Shown piece by piece: positions 37,286 to 47,820 of a DNA stretch of 64,000 nt. A program made the position numbers and the translations under genes. The DNA is from an uncultured Candidatus Binatia bacterium (GTDB lineage: Bacteria; Desulfobacterota; Binatia; UBA9968; JAJDTQ01): assembly GCA_965213675.1 (NCBI GenBank), contig OZ243916.1:1216001-1280000 (forward strand). Reading direction: 5' to 3'. Within the stretch, counting starts at the first letter, position 1; every line of letters starts with the position of its first letter. The notes beneath the pieces were generated by a model that saw nothing but the letters and a program-made list of their open reading frames with translations, made no database searches and was not told where the DNA came from.

Positions 37286-38119
37286 TTAGAAAAACGCCAG
37301 AGTGCGCATCTCGATGCTTTCACGGGGCGGAGCGTCGGCCGGCGTGTCCGGGTCGTCGAAGGCCGAATGCAGGGTCCAGCGCGCGCGCCCGTCCTTCTCG
37401 GACTCGAAGGTCTTGAACACCACGGCCTCGTGCCGCTCCATGTGCGGGAAGTAGTACCAGTAATGCTCGGGATTGAAGGTGTAGTGCAACGTCTCGCCGC
37501 GGCGGTCCGGGTAGATGCGCGCGGTGGGGATGGCGCCCTCCATGCCAGTGCTGCGCGCGTCGCAGATGGCCAGCGGGTCCCGTGTCACCGGCCGGTTGAT
37601 GGGCCGCCACGTCTGAATCACGCCGAACCGCCCCTTGAGCAGCTCCTCGGCCTCGTCCGGCAGGATGTCGCGCACCCGCTGCGGCCCGGACCAGTCGGTG
37701 TAGTCGTTGTGGGCGCTGCGCACCGGGCCGCTCACCTGCTTCGCCTCCCGCGTGACCTCGTCGCCCGACCGCAGCGTGTGGTCGAACACCACCACGCGTT
37801 TCGCCCCGGAGGTCTTCTTCACAAGCTCTTCGGTCTCCTTGTAGTAGACCGTCCGCACCTCCTCCTGGTCGTAGAAGTCCCTCATCTGCGTATCGTGGCG
37901 CACCAGCACAAAGCCTTCGCGTTCCAGCGAGAGCCCGCCGGGCAGGAGCCGCGCGTTGTGAATCGAGACCGTGTGGCTCTCGTACTTGCCCCTGCGCTTC
38001 TGGTCGGCCTCCTTCTGGGTCATGCCGCCGAAGCTCGCCGGGGCTTCGGTGTCCTTGCTCAGGTAGTTGACCACGCCATGGATGGATTCCGGCTGTGCCG
38101 CCAACTGGGGTTTCGCCAT
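37286..38119 (-). CDS. CmcJ/NvfI-family oxidoreductase
   Basis: IHNAR, EGFVL, FDHTLR, AHNDYT, WRPI..PLAICDA, LHSAF, RESIEMR. Confidence 0.85.
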   Translation of the reverse strand: MAKPQLAAQPESIHGVVNYLSKDTEAPASFGGMTQKEADQKRRGKYESHTVSIHNARLLPGGLSLEREGFVLVRHDTQMRDFYDQEEVRTVYYKETEELVKKTSGAKRVVVFDHTLRSGDEVTREAKQVSGPVRSAHNDYTDWSGPQRVRDILPDEAEELLKGRFGVIQTWRPINRPVTRDPLAICDARSTGMEGAIPTARIYPDRRGETLHYTFNPEHYWYYFPHMERHEAVVFKTFESEKDGRARWTLHSAFDDPDTPADAPPRESIEMRTLAFF

Positions 38120-38162
38120 CGCGCCCTCCTTCGAATCGGGGAATCCCGCCGGCCGAACCGGA

Positions 38163-39281
38163 TCAGTCGAAACCATAGAACCGCGCGCAGTTGTCCCACA
38201 GGATCTTGCGCTTGGCCTCATCGGACAGATCGAGTTCCAGAAATTCCTTCACGGCGTAGGGATACCTGGAGTCGCCGTGGGGATAGTCGGTGGAGAAGAC
38301 GAGCTGGTCGCAGCCGAACTCCTCGATGGTGAACCGCGCCGGGGTCTCATCCGGCTCGATGGAAATCCAGCACTGGTCCTTGAAGTAATCGCTGGGTTTC
38401 CGGTCCAGGTCCTCCATATAGATGTCGCCCTCCCGCTCGTAACCTTCGTCGAAGCGCCAGAGGAGCCACGGCAGCCACGAGCAGTTGGCTTCCAGGAATG
38501 CCGCGCGGAGCTTGGGATGACGCGCGAGCACGCCGCCGCCCACAAAGCTCCCGAGCCCCATCATCTGCTCCAGGGGCTGGGAATAGACGCGCCTCAGGCC
38601 GAAGTTGGGCTCGAACTGCTCGCCGGCCTGGACCGTGCGGGACGTGGAGGCTTCGTGGAACCCGATGGGAAGGGACAACTCCTCCAGGGTATTCCAGAGG
38701 GGCTCGTAATACGCGTCGTGCAGGGGTTTGCCGTTGACCAGGTTGGACCTCAGAAAGACCGAGCGGAAGCCGTAATCACCCACCACCCGGCGCGCCTCCT
38801 CCACTGCGTCGTTGATGTCGTAGACCGAGATCATGCCGGCGCCGAACAGCCGGTTCGGGTCGGCGCTACAGAAGTCATGGAGCCAGTCGTTGTAGGCCCG
38901 CGCCAGAGCCCTGGCAAATTCCCGCGAGTGTCCCGGATAGGTGAGCACATGGAGGCCCCGGGTGGGAAACAGCACCGCCGCGTCGATGCCCTCCACATCC
39001 ATGGCCTCGAGTTGCACCTCGCCGGTCCAGCCTCTTTCGGAGTGCTCACGGTAGGTGTTCTGGTTTTTTTCGTAATTGCGGCCCTTGTGCAATTCCGCGC
39101 CGGTGCGGCGCGCGTCGATCGCCTTGTCGGGGAATCGCAGTGACAAATCCCGAACGTTCTCGGACGTGCGCCCCAGCGGAGCCTGTTCCTTGAACTCGGG
39201 CGGCAAGTACCGCGGCCACAAATCCGGGGGTTCCATGATGTGCATGTCGCTGTCGAACACCTTGAATCCGTCCCTTGCCAT
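38163..39281 (-). CDS. Amidohydrolase family protein
   Basis: DSDMHIMEP, GFHE, FLEANCSW, FSTDYPH. Confidence 0.9.
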   Translation of the reverse strand: MARDGFKVFDSDMHIMEPPDLWPRYLPPEFKEQAPLGRTSENVRDLSLRFPDKAIDARRTGAELHKGRNYEKNQNTYREHSERGWTGEVQLEAMDVEGIDAAVLFPTRGLHVLTYPGHSREFARALARAYNDWLHDFCSADPNRLFGAGMISVYDINDAVEEARRVVGDYGFRSVFLRSNLVNGKPLHDAYYEPLWNTLEELSLPIGFHEASTSRTVQAGEQFEPNFGLRRVYSQPLEQMMGLGSFVGGGVLARHPKLRAAFLEANCSWLPWLLWRFDEGYEREGDIYMEDLDRKPSDYFKDQCWISIEPDETPARFTIEEFGCDQLVFSTDYPHGDSRYPYAVKEFLELDLSDEAKRKILWDNCARFYGFD

Positions 39282-39356
39282 GAGCATGTCCCTCCAAATT
39301 GCGGGTAGCGCACACGCGCGGCCTGCCGGCCGTGGCGCGTTCCGCTTCCCCATGGG

Positions 39357-39386
39357 AAAGAAAAGCCGCCCTCGTGGAGGGCGGCT
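39357..39386 (-). terminator. Intrinsic terminator
   Basis: AGCCGCCCTC-CAC-GAGGGCGGCT followed by TTTCTTT on the minus strand. Confidence 0.7.
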
Positions 39387-39392
39387 ATCGCG

Positions 39393-40454
39393 TTACTGTA
39401 CAGGATGCGGAATGTCGAGCTGGTAGAGGTTCCTGACGTTGGAATAAACGAGCTTCCGGCGGATGTCCGCCGGCAGGTGGCCCAGGTCCCGGTCGATGTA
39501 GCGCTTCGACTCCGGCCACGTGGAGTTGGCGTGGGGATAATCGTTGGACCACATGCAGTTGTCCTGGCCCCACCATTCGAAGTTGTGCCCGGCGACGGTG
39601 TCGCGGAAGAACGTCCCATAGAACTGGCCGACAAAATACTCGCTGGGGTTCTTGGTGATGGAGATCGGGTTCTCCCCCTTGAACCGGTTCCAGTAGTAGT
39701 CCCACTGCTGCAACATGAACGGCATCCAGCCGATCTCGTTTTCGACGCACACGAACTTGAGGCTGGGATGGCGCTCCATGATGCCGTAGAAGATGAAGTC
39801 GAAGACCGCGTTGATAATCTCCTGGAGCTTCAGGTTGACGCTGCCGCGGTAGGGCTCCACGCCGATGCGCCTGTTCCCGAACACCGTCTGCTTGTGGTAG
39901 CCGTGCCCGGTGAGGATGTGCAGGTGCACCGGCATCTGGAGATCCGCGGAAGCCGCCCAGAACTTCTCGTAGTGTTCCGAACGGAACGGCAGGTCCGCGT
40001 GGGGCGCCTGCCAGATGAGCGAGCCCTTGAGCCCCGCCTTGGCGCAACGCTCCAGCTCCTCCACCGCGTGGTCGATGTCGTACATGGAGATGGCGCCCAC
40101 GCCCACGAGCCGGTTGGGCGCCACCGAGCAGTAGTCCATCACCCAGTCGTTGTAGGCGCGGAACGAAACCTCCTGCAGCTTGGCGTCGTCCATGGCGAAG
40201 TGCGGCAGCAGATAGGTCGGAAAGAGCACTTCCGCGCTCACCCCATCGGTCTCCATCTCGGTGATGCGCTTGCCGGGGTCCGATCCACCGGGCTGCGTCT
40301 GGAAGCTCTCCCCCACCTTCAGCTTGGGAAAGCGCGGCACCTGCTCCTTGTACGAGGCGGGCGCCCGTTCCACCAGAGCGTCCGACGGCTCCATGACGTG
40401 GGAATCCGAGGAGATAATGACCTCGCAGCCCTCCAGTGTTCCGTTGTCTGCCAT
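39393..40454 (-). CDS. Amidohydrolase family protein
   Basis: SSDSHVMEP, VHLHI, VENEIGW, WSNDYPH. Confidence 0.9.
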   Translation of the reverse strand: MADNGTLEGCEVIISSDSHVMEPSDALVERAPASYKEQVPRFPKLKVGESFQTQPGGSDPGKRITEMETDGVSAEVLFPTYLLPHFAMDDAKLQEVSFRAYNDWVMDYCSVAPNRLVGVGAISMYDIDHAVEELERCAKAGLKGSLIWQAPHADLPFRSEHYEKFWAASADLQMPVHLHILTGHGYHKQTVFGNRRIGVEPYRGSVNLKLQEIINAVFDFIFYGIMERHPSLKFVCVENEIGWMPFMLQQWDYYWNRFKGENPISITKNPSEYFVGQFYGTFFRDTVAGHNFEWWGQDNCMWSNDYPHANSTWPESKRYIDRDLGHLPADIRRKLVYSNVRNLYQLDIPHPVQ

Positions 40455-40544
40455 TTTATTCTACCCCCTTGTCTACGTTTCATGCACGGATAGGCTTTTG
40501 ACACAGGCTCTACACCACCACCGTTCCGCCGTCAAGAATGGCGC

Positions 40545-41726
40545 CTACGAGGTCACCCCGCCTGCGCGCAAGTCCGCCAAGGCGGCGGCGTCGTATCCGA
40601 GTTCCCGGAGGATTTCCTCGGTGTTCTCGCCCAGGAGCGGCGCCGGCCGGTGAAACCGCATGGGCGTGTCGGAGAGACGGATGGCGTTGCCGATGAGGTT
40701 GCTCGAGCCCATCTTCGGATGGTGGATCTCCTGGGGCAGGCCCATCTCCTTCACCTGCGGGTCGTCCAGCACTTCCTCGATCCTGTAGATGGGGGCGTTG
40801 GGAACGCTCACCGCATCCAGCGCCGCCAGCCAGTGGTCCCGTGGCTGTTTCTCGAACTCCGCCTGCAGGATCGGAACGATGTCGTAGTGGTGGCGCCAGC
40901 GGTCGTTGCGGGTGGCGAAGCGCGGATCGCTCAGGAGGTCCGGGCGTCCCACCGCGCGCACCAGTCCCTCCCACGCCTTCTGGTGCCCGGACAGGTGGAT
41001 CACCAGCGGCTTCCGGTCGCCGGGAACGAAGCAGTAGATGCGTCCGCGCGGGAAGTTCTCCCGGGTGATGGCCTCGCCGCCGTTCAGGTAATCGGCCATG
41101 TGGGATTCGATGAACGCAAGGCTGATGCGCAGCAGCGACGCGTCCACGAACTGGCCGCGGCCGGTGTGGTGGCGCGCCAGCAACGCCGCCAGGATGCCGT
41201 AGCAGGCGAACACCCCGGTGGAGTGGTCGGTGACCGACACCCCCACCACCTTGGGCTGGTCGAAGTCGGACATGAGGCTCAACATGCCGCTCAGCGCCTG
41301 ACCGATGGTATCGAAGCCCGGCTTGTCGCGGTACGGCCCCTCCTGACCGTAGCCGGTAATGGAGCAATGGATCAGCCTCGGATTGAGCTTCGCGAGCCGC
41401 TCGTAGTCGAGTCCCAGCTTCGAGCGTGTCGCCGGCCGGAAGTTCTCCAGCAGAATGTCCGCCCGCTCAAGCAGCTTGAGCAGAATCTCCTTCCCTTGGG
41501 GCGTGCGCAGGTCCAGGGTGAGGCTCCGCTTGTTGCGGTTGAGCGCCCGGAAGCTGGGCCCATAACCCTCGTACAGCGGATTCCGCCCGCGGTGCGTGTC
41601 GCCACCGTCGGGCAGCTCCACCTTGATGACGTCGCAGCCCAGGTCCCCGAGCAGACTGCCGCAAAACGGCCCGGCCACGTGCCCGCTGAGATCCAGCGCC
41701 ATGGTCCCCTGCAATGCCGCGTTCAT
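40545..41726 (-). CDS. Class III CoA-transferase (CaiB/BaiF)
   Basis: AGPFCG.LLGDLG.DVIKVE, NRNKRS..LDL, ENFRP, PGFD. Confidence 0.93.
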   Translation of the reverse strand: MNAALQGTMALDLSGHVAGPFCGSLLGDLGCDVIKVELPDGGDTHRGRNPLYEGYGPSFRALNRNKRSLTLDLRTPQGKEILLKLLERADILLENFRPATRSKLGLDYERLAKLNPRLIHCSITGYGQEGPYRDKPGFDTIGQALSGMLSLMSDFDQPKVVGVSVTDHSTGVFACYGILAALLARHHTGRGQFVDASLLRISLAFIESHMADYLNGGEAITRENFPRGRIYCFVPGDRKPLVIHLSGHQKAWEGLVRAVGRPDLLSDPRFATRNDRWRHHYDIVPILQAEFEKQPRDHWLAALDAVSVPNAPIYRIEEVLDDPQVKEMGLPQEIHHPKMGSSNLIGNAIRLSDTPMRFHRPAPLLGENTEEILRELGYDAAALADLRAGGVTS

Positions 41727-42017
41727 GATTCAGGATGTCCCCTTTTCTTTTTGCGTTCCACAAACGGACGAATCGCGCCGATCGTGCGATGGTCCCGGCA
41801 CCGGGATCCTCGGGCATGACGAGGCCCGGCAGGATCTGCAACCGCTGGTCGCCGGTGAGTTGCAGCAGGCGTATTCGGCGTCTTCCTCCTAGGCGAGGGA
41901 GGCAATTTTGCGAACGACCTTTTCCATGACTTTGCATGGCAACCTGCGGCCGTTTTCCATTATAACCGATAGGGATCATGGTGGGGAACCGAACCCCGGC
42001 GCATCAAGGGAGGGACC

Positions 42018-42398
42018 GTGAAGGACGGGATCGTGGAAGGGATCGAAGGCGAGTGGGTGGTCGTGACCACCCGCGAAATGGCGGCGGCGCACATCGCCGG
42101 CGAAGGCATCCTGGTGTATTCGACGCCGGCGATGGTCGGACACATGGAGCGCGCCTGCGTGGAAGCGGTACGCCCCTACCTCGAAGACGACGAGGTGTCC
42201 CTGGGCGTGCGGGTGGACATCGTCCACATCGCCGGCACCGGCATGGGCGAGACCGTCCGCACCAGCGCAAAGCTCACCCGCGTGGAAGGACGCCGCCTGA
42301 GCTTCACCGTGGAGGCCCACAACCAGCGCGAAAAGATCGGCGAGGGCCGGCACCAACGCGCGGTGGTGAAGCGGGACCGGCTGCCCGCGAAGGAGTGA
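42018..42398 (+). CDS. FlK-like hotdog-fold thioesterase
   Basis: VYSTPAMVGHMERAC, SLGVRVDIVH, IGEGRHQRAVV. Confidence 0.85.
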   Translation: MKDGIVEGIEGEWVVVTTREMAAAHIAGEGILVYSTPAMVGHMERACVEAVRPYLEDDEVSLGVRVDIVHIAGTGMGETVRTSAKLTRVEGRRLSFTVEAHNQREKIGEGRHQRAVVKRDRLPAKE

Positions 42399-42586
42399 GG
42401 AGCGCCCCACGGTTTTCGATTCGAGAACGACGAGGTATTCCGTGGATGCGGACTGGGTGAATTGCCATTGAGTCGAGGAGAACAAGCAAGCCGACTGATC
42501 CATCTCCGCCCGCTTGGTTCGTGCCGGCTTGGGGAGGATGGACCTCGCCGTGCTTCGAAGACCCCGAGACAGCCTGGAGACACGTC

Positions 42587-43633
42587 ATGACCGCAACGCA
42601 GGATCTGACCGGACTGAACGATTTTCTCGCCGAGCGCTGGCTTTCGGGCTTGTGGAAGCTTGATCGCAAGGAACGCACGGCCGACCCGCGGACCCAGGTG
42701 GTGCCGCACCTGTGGAAGTGGGACGACGTCCACCAGAGCCTGCTCCAGGCCCGGGACCGCATCGGCATCGAGAAGGGGCGCACGGAGCGCCGCACCATCC
42801 GGCTGGTCAACCCGGGCATGCGGCACACGGAGATGACCAGCCACACCATGCTGCTGGCCTGCCAGATGATCCAGCCGGGTGAGGTGGCGCCCGCCCACCG
42901 CCACAGCATGGCGGCCCTCCGCTTCATCGTCCAGGGCGAGGGCGCCTACACCGTGGTCAACGGCGAGAAGCTCATGATGGCCGCGGGAGACCTCATCCTC
43001 ACGCCCCAGGGCACTTGGCACGACCACGGCCACGAAGGCAGCGCGCCCATGGTGTGGCTGGACGGCCTCGACGTGCCGCTCATCCAGTCGCTCCAGGTGA
43101 TCTCCTACGAACCCTATGCCGAGGAGAAGCAGGCCACCCACGCCAGCGCGCAGGATGCGTCGCATTTCGGCATGACCCGTCCGGTGCGTTCCGGCGACCC
43201 ATCGGCGCCCGCGCCGCTCCACTACCGCTGGGACGACACCTGGCGCTCGCTGCAGGCGCTGGCCCGGACCGCCTGCGACCCGTACGACGGCGTGGCGCTC
43301 GACTACGTGAATCCCCTCACCGGCGGCGCCACCCTGCCCACACTGGCGTGCCGCGCGCAGATGCTGCGCCCGGGAGAGCGCACCCGCGCGCATCGCCACA
43401 ACAGCACCGCCATCTACCACGCGTTCCGCGGCAGCGGCGCCACCGTCATCAACGGCGAGACCATGGAATGGGATCAGGGCGACAGCTTCATCGTACCGTT
43501 GTGGAGCTGGCACGAGCACCGGAACCGCTCCGCCGAAGCGGAGACGATCCTGTTCTGCATGCACGACGCCCCGGTGCTGGAGGCGTTCGGGTTGCACCGG
43601 CAGGAGCGTATGGAGGATGCCCGATCATATTGA
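42587..43633 (+). CDS. Bicupin gentisate 1,2-dioxygenase family
   Basis: ERRTIRLVNPG, AHRHSMAALRF, WHDHGH, WLDGLD, AHRH, WSWHEH. Confidence 0.88.
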   Translation: MTATQDLTGLNDFLAERWLSGLWKLDRKERTADPRTQVVPHLWKWDDVHQSLLQARDRIGIEKGRTERRTIRLVNPGMRHTEMTSHTMLLACQMIQPGEVAPAHRHSMAALRFIVQGEGAYTVVNGEKLMMAAGDLILTPQGTWHDHGHEGSAPMVWLDGLDVPLIQSLQVISYEPYAEEKQATHASAQDASHFGMTRPVRSGDPSAPAPLHYRWDDTWRSLQALARTACDPYDGVALDYVNPLTGGATLPTLACRAQMLRPGERTRAHRHNSTAIYHAFRGSGATVINGETMEWDQGDSFIVPLWSWHEHRNRSAEAETILFCMHDAPVLEAFGLHRQERMEDARSY

Positions 43634-43704
43634 CACGATTCCGGGAACCGAATAGTTTACGCGCTTTCCTTACCTGCAACCGTTGGACCAAGGAGGACTC
43701 GACC

Positions 43705-44754
43705 ATGAAACGCACTCGCGCCACAGGCATCGTCACGGTGCTCGCCGCCATCGCTTTGCTGGCAACCGCCGCGCCGGCGGCGGATTACTATGCAGGAAAG
43801 ACCATCACGGTGCTGGTGTCGTCCAGCCCCGGCGGCGGCACGGACACCACGGCCCGGCTGGTCTCCCGTTACCTGCCCAGGTTCATACCCGGCAATCCCG
43901 ATACCATCGTCCGCAACATGCCCGGCGGCGGCGGCACCGTGGCCAACAACTACTTCACGCGCCGGGCCAAGGCGGACGGCCTGACCATGTCCCAGGACTC
44001 CTCGTCGGCGCTGAGCACCTACGTGCGCGGCGGCAAGCGGGTCAAGTACAACCCGCGGGAGTACAACTACATCGGCTCCATCATGCGCGGCGGCAGCATC
44101 CTCATGGTGCGCAAGGACGCGCGCGCCCGTCTCACCGACCCCAAGGCGAAACCCGTGGTGGTGGGCGATTCCGACGGCATCCGCACCTGGGTGGCCATGA
44201 CCGTGTGGGGCGCCAAGTACCTGGATTGGAACAGCCGCTGGATCTTCGGCTACGCGGGCACCGGCGAGATGGTGCTGGCGCTGCGTCAGGGCGAAATCGA
44301 AATGTGGGGCACCGGCAACGCCAAGCTCATCCGGGACCTTGAGAAGGACGGCGTCGTCGACCCGCTGGTGCTGCTCACGGACAAACGCCGCCCGGATTTT
44401 CCCAACGTTCCGACCTTTGGCGAACTCCTCGGCGACAAGAAGCCATCCGGCGTCGCCTGGAAGGCCTACAAGGTGTGGACCCGGCCCTCCGACGTGGACA
44501 AGTTCCTGTCCCTGCCCAAGGGCACACCGGCGAACGTCGTGAAGATTCTGCGCGACGCCTGGGGCAAGATGGTGCAGGACGCCAGTTTCCAGTCCGAAGC
44601 CACGAAGTTCTTTGGCGAGGCATGGAGAGCGCGCGACGGCGCGGCCACCGCGGAACTCGTGCTGGAAGCCACCGACGCCACCCAGGAGGTCCAGGACTTC
44701 CTGTTCAACATCCGCAAGGAGTTCGGCCTGCCCACGGGCAAGAAGAAGAAATAG
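43705..44754 (+). CDS. tctC: Bug/TctC-family substrate-binding protein
   Basis: Signal peptide, YAGKTITVLV..PGGGTD..ARL, PGNP..IVRNMPGGGG; AGGAGG SD. Confidence 0.87.
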   Translation: MKRTRATGIVTVLAAIALLATAAPAADYYAGKTITVLVSSSPGGGTDTTARLVSRYLPRFIPGNPDTIVRNMPGGGGTVANNYFTRRAKADGLTMSQDSSSALSTYVRGGKRVKYNPREYNYIGSIMRGGSILMVRKDARARLTDPKAKPVVVGDSDGIRTWVAMTVWGAKYLDWNSRWIFGYAGTGEMVLALRQGEIEMWGTGNAKLIRDLEKDGVVDPLVLLTDKRRPDFPNVPTFGELLGDKKPSGVAWKAYKVWTRPSDVDKFLSLPKGTPANVVKILRDAWGKMVQDASFQSEATKFFGEAWRARDGAATAELVLEATDATQEVQDFLFNIRKEFGLPTGKKKK

Positions 44755-44761
44755 CCAACGG

Positions 44762-46261
44762 ATGCTCGAAGCCGCGTTCGACGGCCTGCTTGGCGTCCTG
44801 ACTCCGCAGTCCCTGGGCATGATGGCCCTGGGAGTGCTGATCGGCAGCGCGGTGGGGTTCCTGCCCGGCATTGGCGGCCCCACCACGCTGGCGATCATGC
44901 TGCCCTTCGTGATGACCATGGATGACCCCTATCCGGTCATCGCCCTGCTGGTGGGTCTGGACGCCGTGGGCAACACCGCCAGCGCGTTTCCCTCCATCCT
45001 CATCTCCATCCCGGGAAGCTCCGGCTCCCAGGCCACCATTCTGGACGGTTATCCTCTGGCCAGGCAGGGCCAGGCCGCGCGGGCGCTGAGCGCGTCCTTC
45101 GCGGCCTCGCTGCTGGGCGGGTTCGTCGGCGCCCTGGTGCTGGTGGCGTCGCTGCCGATCCTGCGCCCGCTGGTGTTGACCTTCGGCTCGCCGGAGTTTT
45201 TCGTGTTGACACTGTGGGGCCTCACCATGGTGGCGGTGCTGAGCGGCGACGCCCCGATGAAGGGCATCATCGCCGGCATCATCGGCGTGCTCGTGGCCAC
45301 CGTGGGAATGGACACCAAGTCCGGGATTCCCCGCTTCGATTTCGACTACGACTACCTCTGGGACGGCGTCAGCCTCATCATCGTCGCCCTGGGCCTGTTC
45401 GGCATCCCCGAGATCATCGACCTGGCGAGCCGCAAGACCAGCATCGCCGAGAGTGAAGAGTTGGGCAGCGGCTTCGGGCAGGGCATCAAGGACGTGTTCC
45501 AGCACTGGTGGCTGATGGTGCGCTCTTCGGCCCTCGGCGCCTGGGTGGGCTTTCTGCCCGGCCTGGGCAGTTCCGTGGCCGACTGGTTCGCCTATGCCCA
45601 CGCGGTGCAGACCGAGAAGGACACCGGGAACTTCGGCAAGGGCGACATCCGCGGCGTCATCGCGCCCGAGGCGTCCAATAACGCCAAGGAAGGGGGCGGC
45701 TACATCCCCACCCTGGCATTCGGCATCCCGGGCAGCACGTCCACGGCCCTGATCCTCACCGCCTTCGTGGCCGTGGGCATCAAACCCGGCCCGGACATGC
45801 TGACCACGCAGCTCGACCTCACCTTCGCGGTCATCTGGACGCTGGTCATCGGCAACGTCCTCGCCGTGGCCATATGCGGCGCCCTGGCCAAGCCCATGGC
45901 GCGGGCCTGCTTCATGCCGTTCCACAGCATCGTCCCGCTGGTGGCCGTTTTCGTCTTCATCGGCGCCTTCTCGGCCAACTTCAGCCTCCACGACCTGCAC
46001 GCCCTGCTGGCGTTCTCCCTCCTGGGCTTCATGATGCGCCGGCACGGCTGGCCGCGCCCGCCGCTGCTCCTGGGGGTGGTGCTGGGCACCAAGATGGAAA
46101 CCTACCTGTGGCTGTCCTATACGCGGTACGGGCTGGAGTGGCTGCTGCGGCCCGCGGTGGTCATCCTGCTGATCCTGGTGGCGGCGTCGCTCTGCTATCC
46201 GATCCTGAAGGAACGGCGCGAGCGCCGCGGCGAGGCGGCGGAGGGAGCGCCGAAACCATGA
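44762..46261 (+). CDS. tctA: Tripartite tricarboxylate transporter TctA
   Basis: GFLPGIGG, ATILDGYPLA, FGKGDIRGVIAPEASNNA. Confidence 0.9.
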   Translation: MLEAAFDGLLGVLTPQSLGMMALGVLIGSAVGFLPGIGGPTTLAIMLPFVMTMDDPYPVIALLVGLDAVGNTASAFPSILISIPGSSGSQATILDGYPLARQGQAARALSASFAASLLGGFVGALVLVASLPILRPLVLTFGSPEFFVLTLWGLTMVAVLSGDAPMKGIIAGIIGVLVATVGMDTKSGIPRFDFDYDYLWDGVSLIIVALGLFGIPEIIDLASRKTSIAESEELGSGFGQGIKDVFQHWWLMVRSSALGAWVGFLPGLGSSVADWFAYAHAVQTEKDTGNFGKGDIRGVIAPEASNNAKEGGGYIPTLAFGIPGSTSTALILTAFVAVGIKPGPDMLTTQLDLTFAVIWTLVIGNVLAVAICGALAKPMARACFMPFHSIVPLVAVFVFIGAFSANFSLHDLHALLAFSLLGFMMRRHGWPRPPLLLGVVLGTKMETYLWLSYTRYGLEWLLRPAVVILLILVAASLCYPILKERRERRGEAAEGAPKP

Positions 46262-46755
46262 ATGGGGACAGGCGGCTGCGCTACGAGGGCGTGCTCTTCA
46301 CCGTGATCATCGGGCTGGTGCTGCTCTGGGCGCTGCGCGTGGCCGACGATTGGGACGAGCTGCGCGCGTCCATCATCGTGTTCGTCCTCGGCGGGGCCGG
46401 AGTCCTCCTGACCGTGCTCCAGGTCGTGAAGGACCTGTGGCCGCGCCGCGGCCAAGGTCAGGCCAAAGGCATCCACTTCGACGCACCGGCCCTCAAATCG
46501 GGCGGCCGCTGGGGGAATTTCGAAATCTGGGGCTGGATTCTGGGTTTCTATGCCGCCATCCGGCTCATCGGCTTCCTCACCGCGGTGCCGCTCTTCGTCT
46601 TCGGCTACGCCAGGACCTACGGCGCGGGCTGGCTCCTGGCGAGCCTCCTGGCGGCGGCGGCCTGGGGGTTCGTCTACGGCGTCTTCGAGCACATCCTGCA
46701 CGTGCCCTGGCCGGAGCCGCTGCTGGCGAGTTTCCTGCGTGGAAGCGAGGCTTGA
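46258..46755 (+). CDS. tctB: Tripartite tricarboxylate transporter TctB
   Basis: ATGA overlap with tctA, about 4 TM segments, FEHILHVPWP end. Confidence 0.82.
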   Translation: MNGDRRLRYEGVLFTVIIGLVLLWALRVADDWDELRASIIVFVLGGAGVLLTVLQVVKDLWPRRGQGQAKGIHFDAPALKSGGRWGNFEIWGWILGFYAAIRLIGFLTAVPLFVFGYARTYGAGWLLASLLAAAAWGFVYGVFEHILHVPWPEPLLASFLRGSEA

Positions 46756-46835
46756 GCGCGCCATGCCACGGTCGCGCCGGCGGGTCCCGGAACGACCGCG
46801 CTCACGGCGCATCCGCCAGGATTGGCGCGCTCGCC

Positions 46836-47630
46836 CTACCGCGTCAACACCGAGGTGACGCCGCGACCGGCGTCGGTGTGGATGACCTCGCCGGTCATGA
46901 TCCGGGACTGGGACGAGGCCAGCATCACATAGGCGGCGGCGTGGTCCTCCGGCATCACCGAGACCTCCAGCAGGTTCTTGCTGAGCCCCGCGGGGGGCCG
47001 CGGCGCTCCGAAAACGTCGTCGCCGCCGGCGCCGGCGGCGAGGGACGGGGCCGCGCGCAACCCGGTGGCGGTGCCCGAGGGCGCCACGCCGTTGACCCGG
47101 ACCGTGGGCGCCAGTTCGTTGGCCAACTGCCGCACCATGCCCAGCGCCGCGTGCTTGGAGGCCACGTACAAGGCCCCCCCACTGACGTAGAAGGACGACG
47201 TCGAAAGCGTGAACACCATGTTGCCGCGGGTCTTCGTCAGCTCGGGGATGGCGGCCTTGGCGCCCAGAAAGTAACCCTTCACGTTGACCCCCAGGACCTC
47301 GTCGTAGCCCCGCTCCAGTTCCTCGTCCGAGAGTTCCGCCAGAGGCCGGCGCGCGTCGTGAATGCCCGCGTTGCCCACGAACACCGTGAGCTTGCCGAAT
47401 TCCGAGACCGCGGTCGCCACCGCGCGCCGGTTGTCCTCCAGGCTGCGCACGTCGCCGGAGACCACGGCTACCTCGGCGCCCATCTCCTCCTTGAGGTCGG
47501 CCAGCCGCTGTGCCGAACGGTCGAAGGCCACGACCTTCGCGCCTTCCTCCACGAACCGCGTCACCACCGCCTTGCCGATCCCTGATCCGGCGCCGGTCAC
47601 GACGGCCACTTCGTTCTCAAGCCATTGCAT
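46836..47630 (-). CDS. SDR oxidoreductase, cis-dihydrodiol dehydrogenase (HcaB/BphB)-like
   Basis: TGAGSGIG, GNAGIHD, VNVKGY, YVASKHA, VNGVAPSG. Confidence 0.85.
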   Translation of the reverse strand: MQWLENEVAVVTGAGSGIGKAVVTRFVEEGAKVVAFDRSAQRLADLKEEMGAEVAVVSGDVRSLEDNRRAVATAVSEFGKLTVFVGNAGIHDARRPLAELSDEELERGYDEVLGVNVKGYFLGAKAAIPELTKTRGNMVFTLSTSSFYVSGGALYVASKHAALGMVRQLANELAPTVRVNGVAPSGTATGLRAAPSLAAGAGGDDVFGAPRPPAGLSKNLLEVSVMPEDHAAAYVMLASSQSRIMTGEVIHTDAGRGVTSVLTR

Positions 47631-47820
47631 GGACGTTACCTCCTCAAGGCGATGGATACCCATTTGTAGGGGACAGGCCGGCAGAAAGCGAACCGCGGAC
47701 GGACCTTGACACTTCCGCGCGACGGGGCATAGATTCGCCCACAGAGTTGCTCTGTGTGCCCAACGCGTTCGGCGCCGACCACCACGCGCCGTCAGGGCGT
47801 CCGCCCCCGGACGCCGGGAG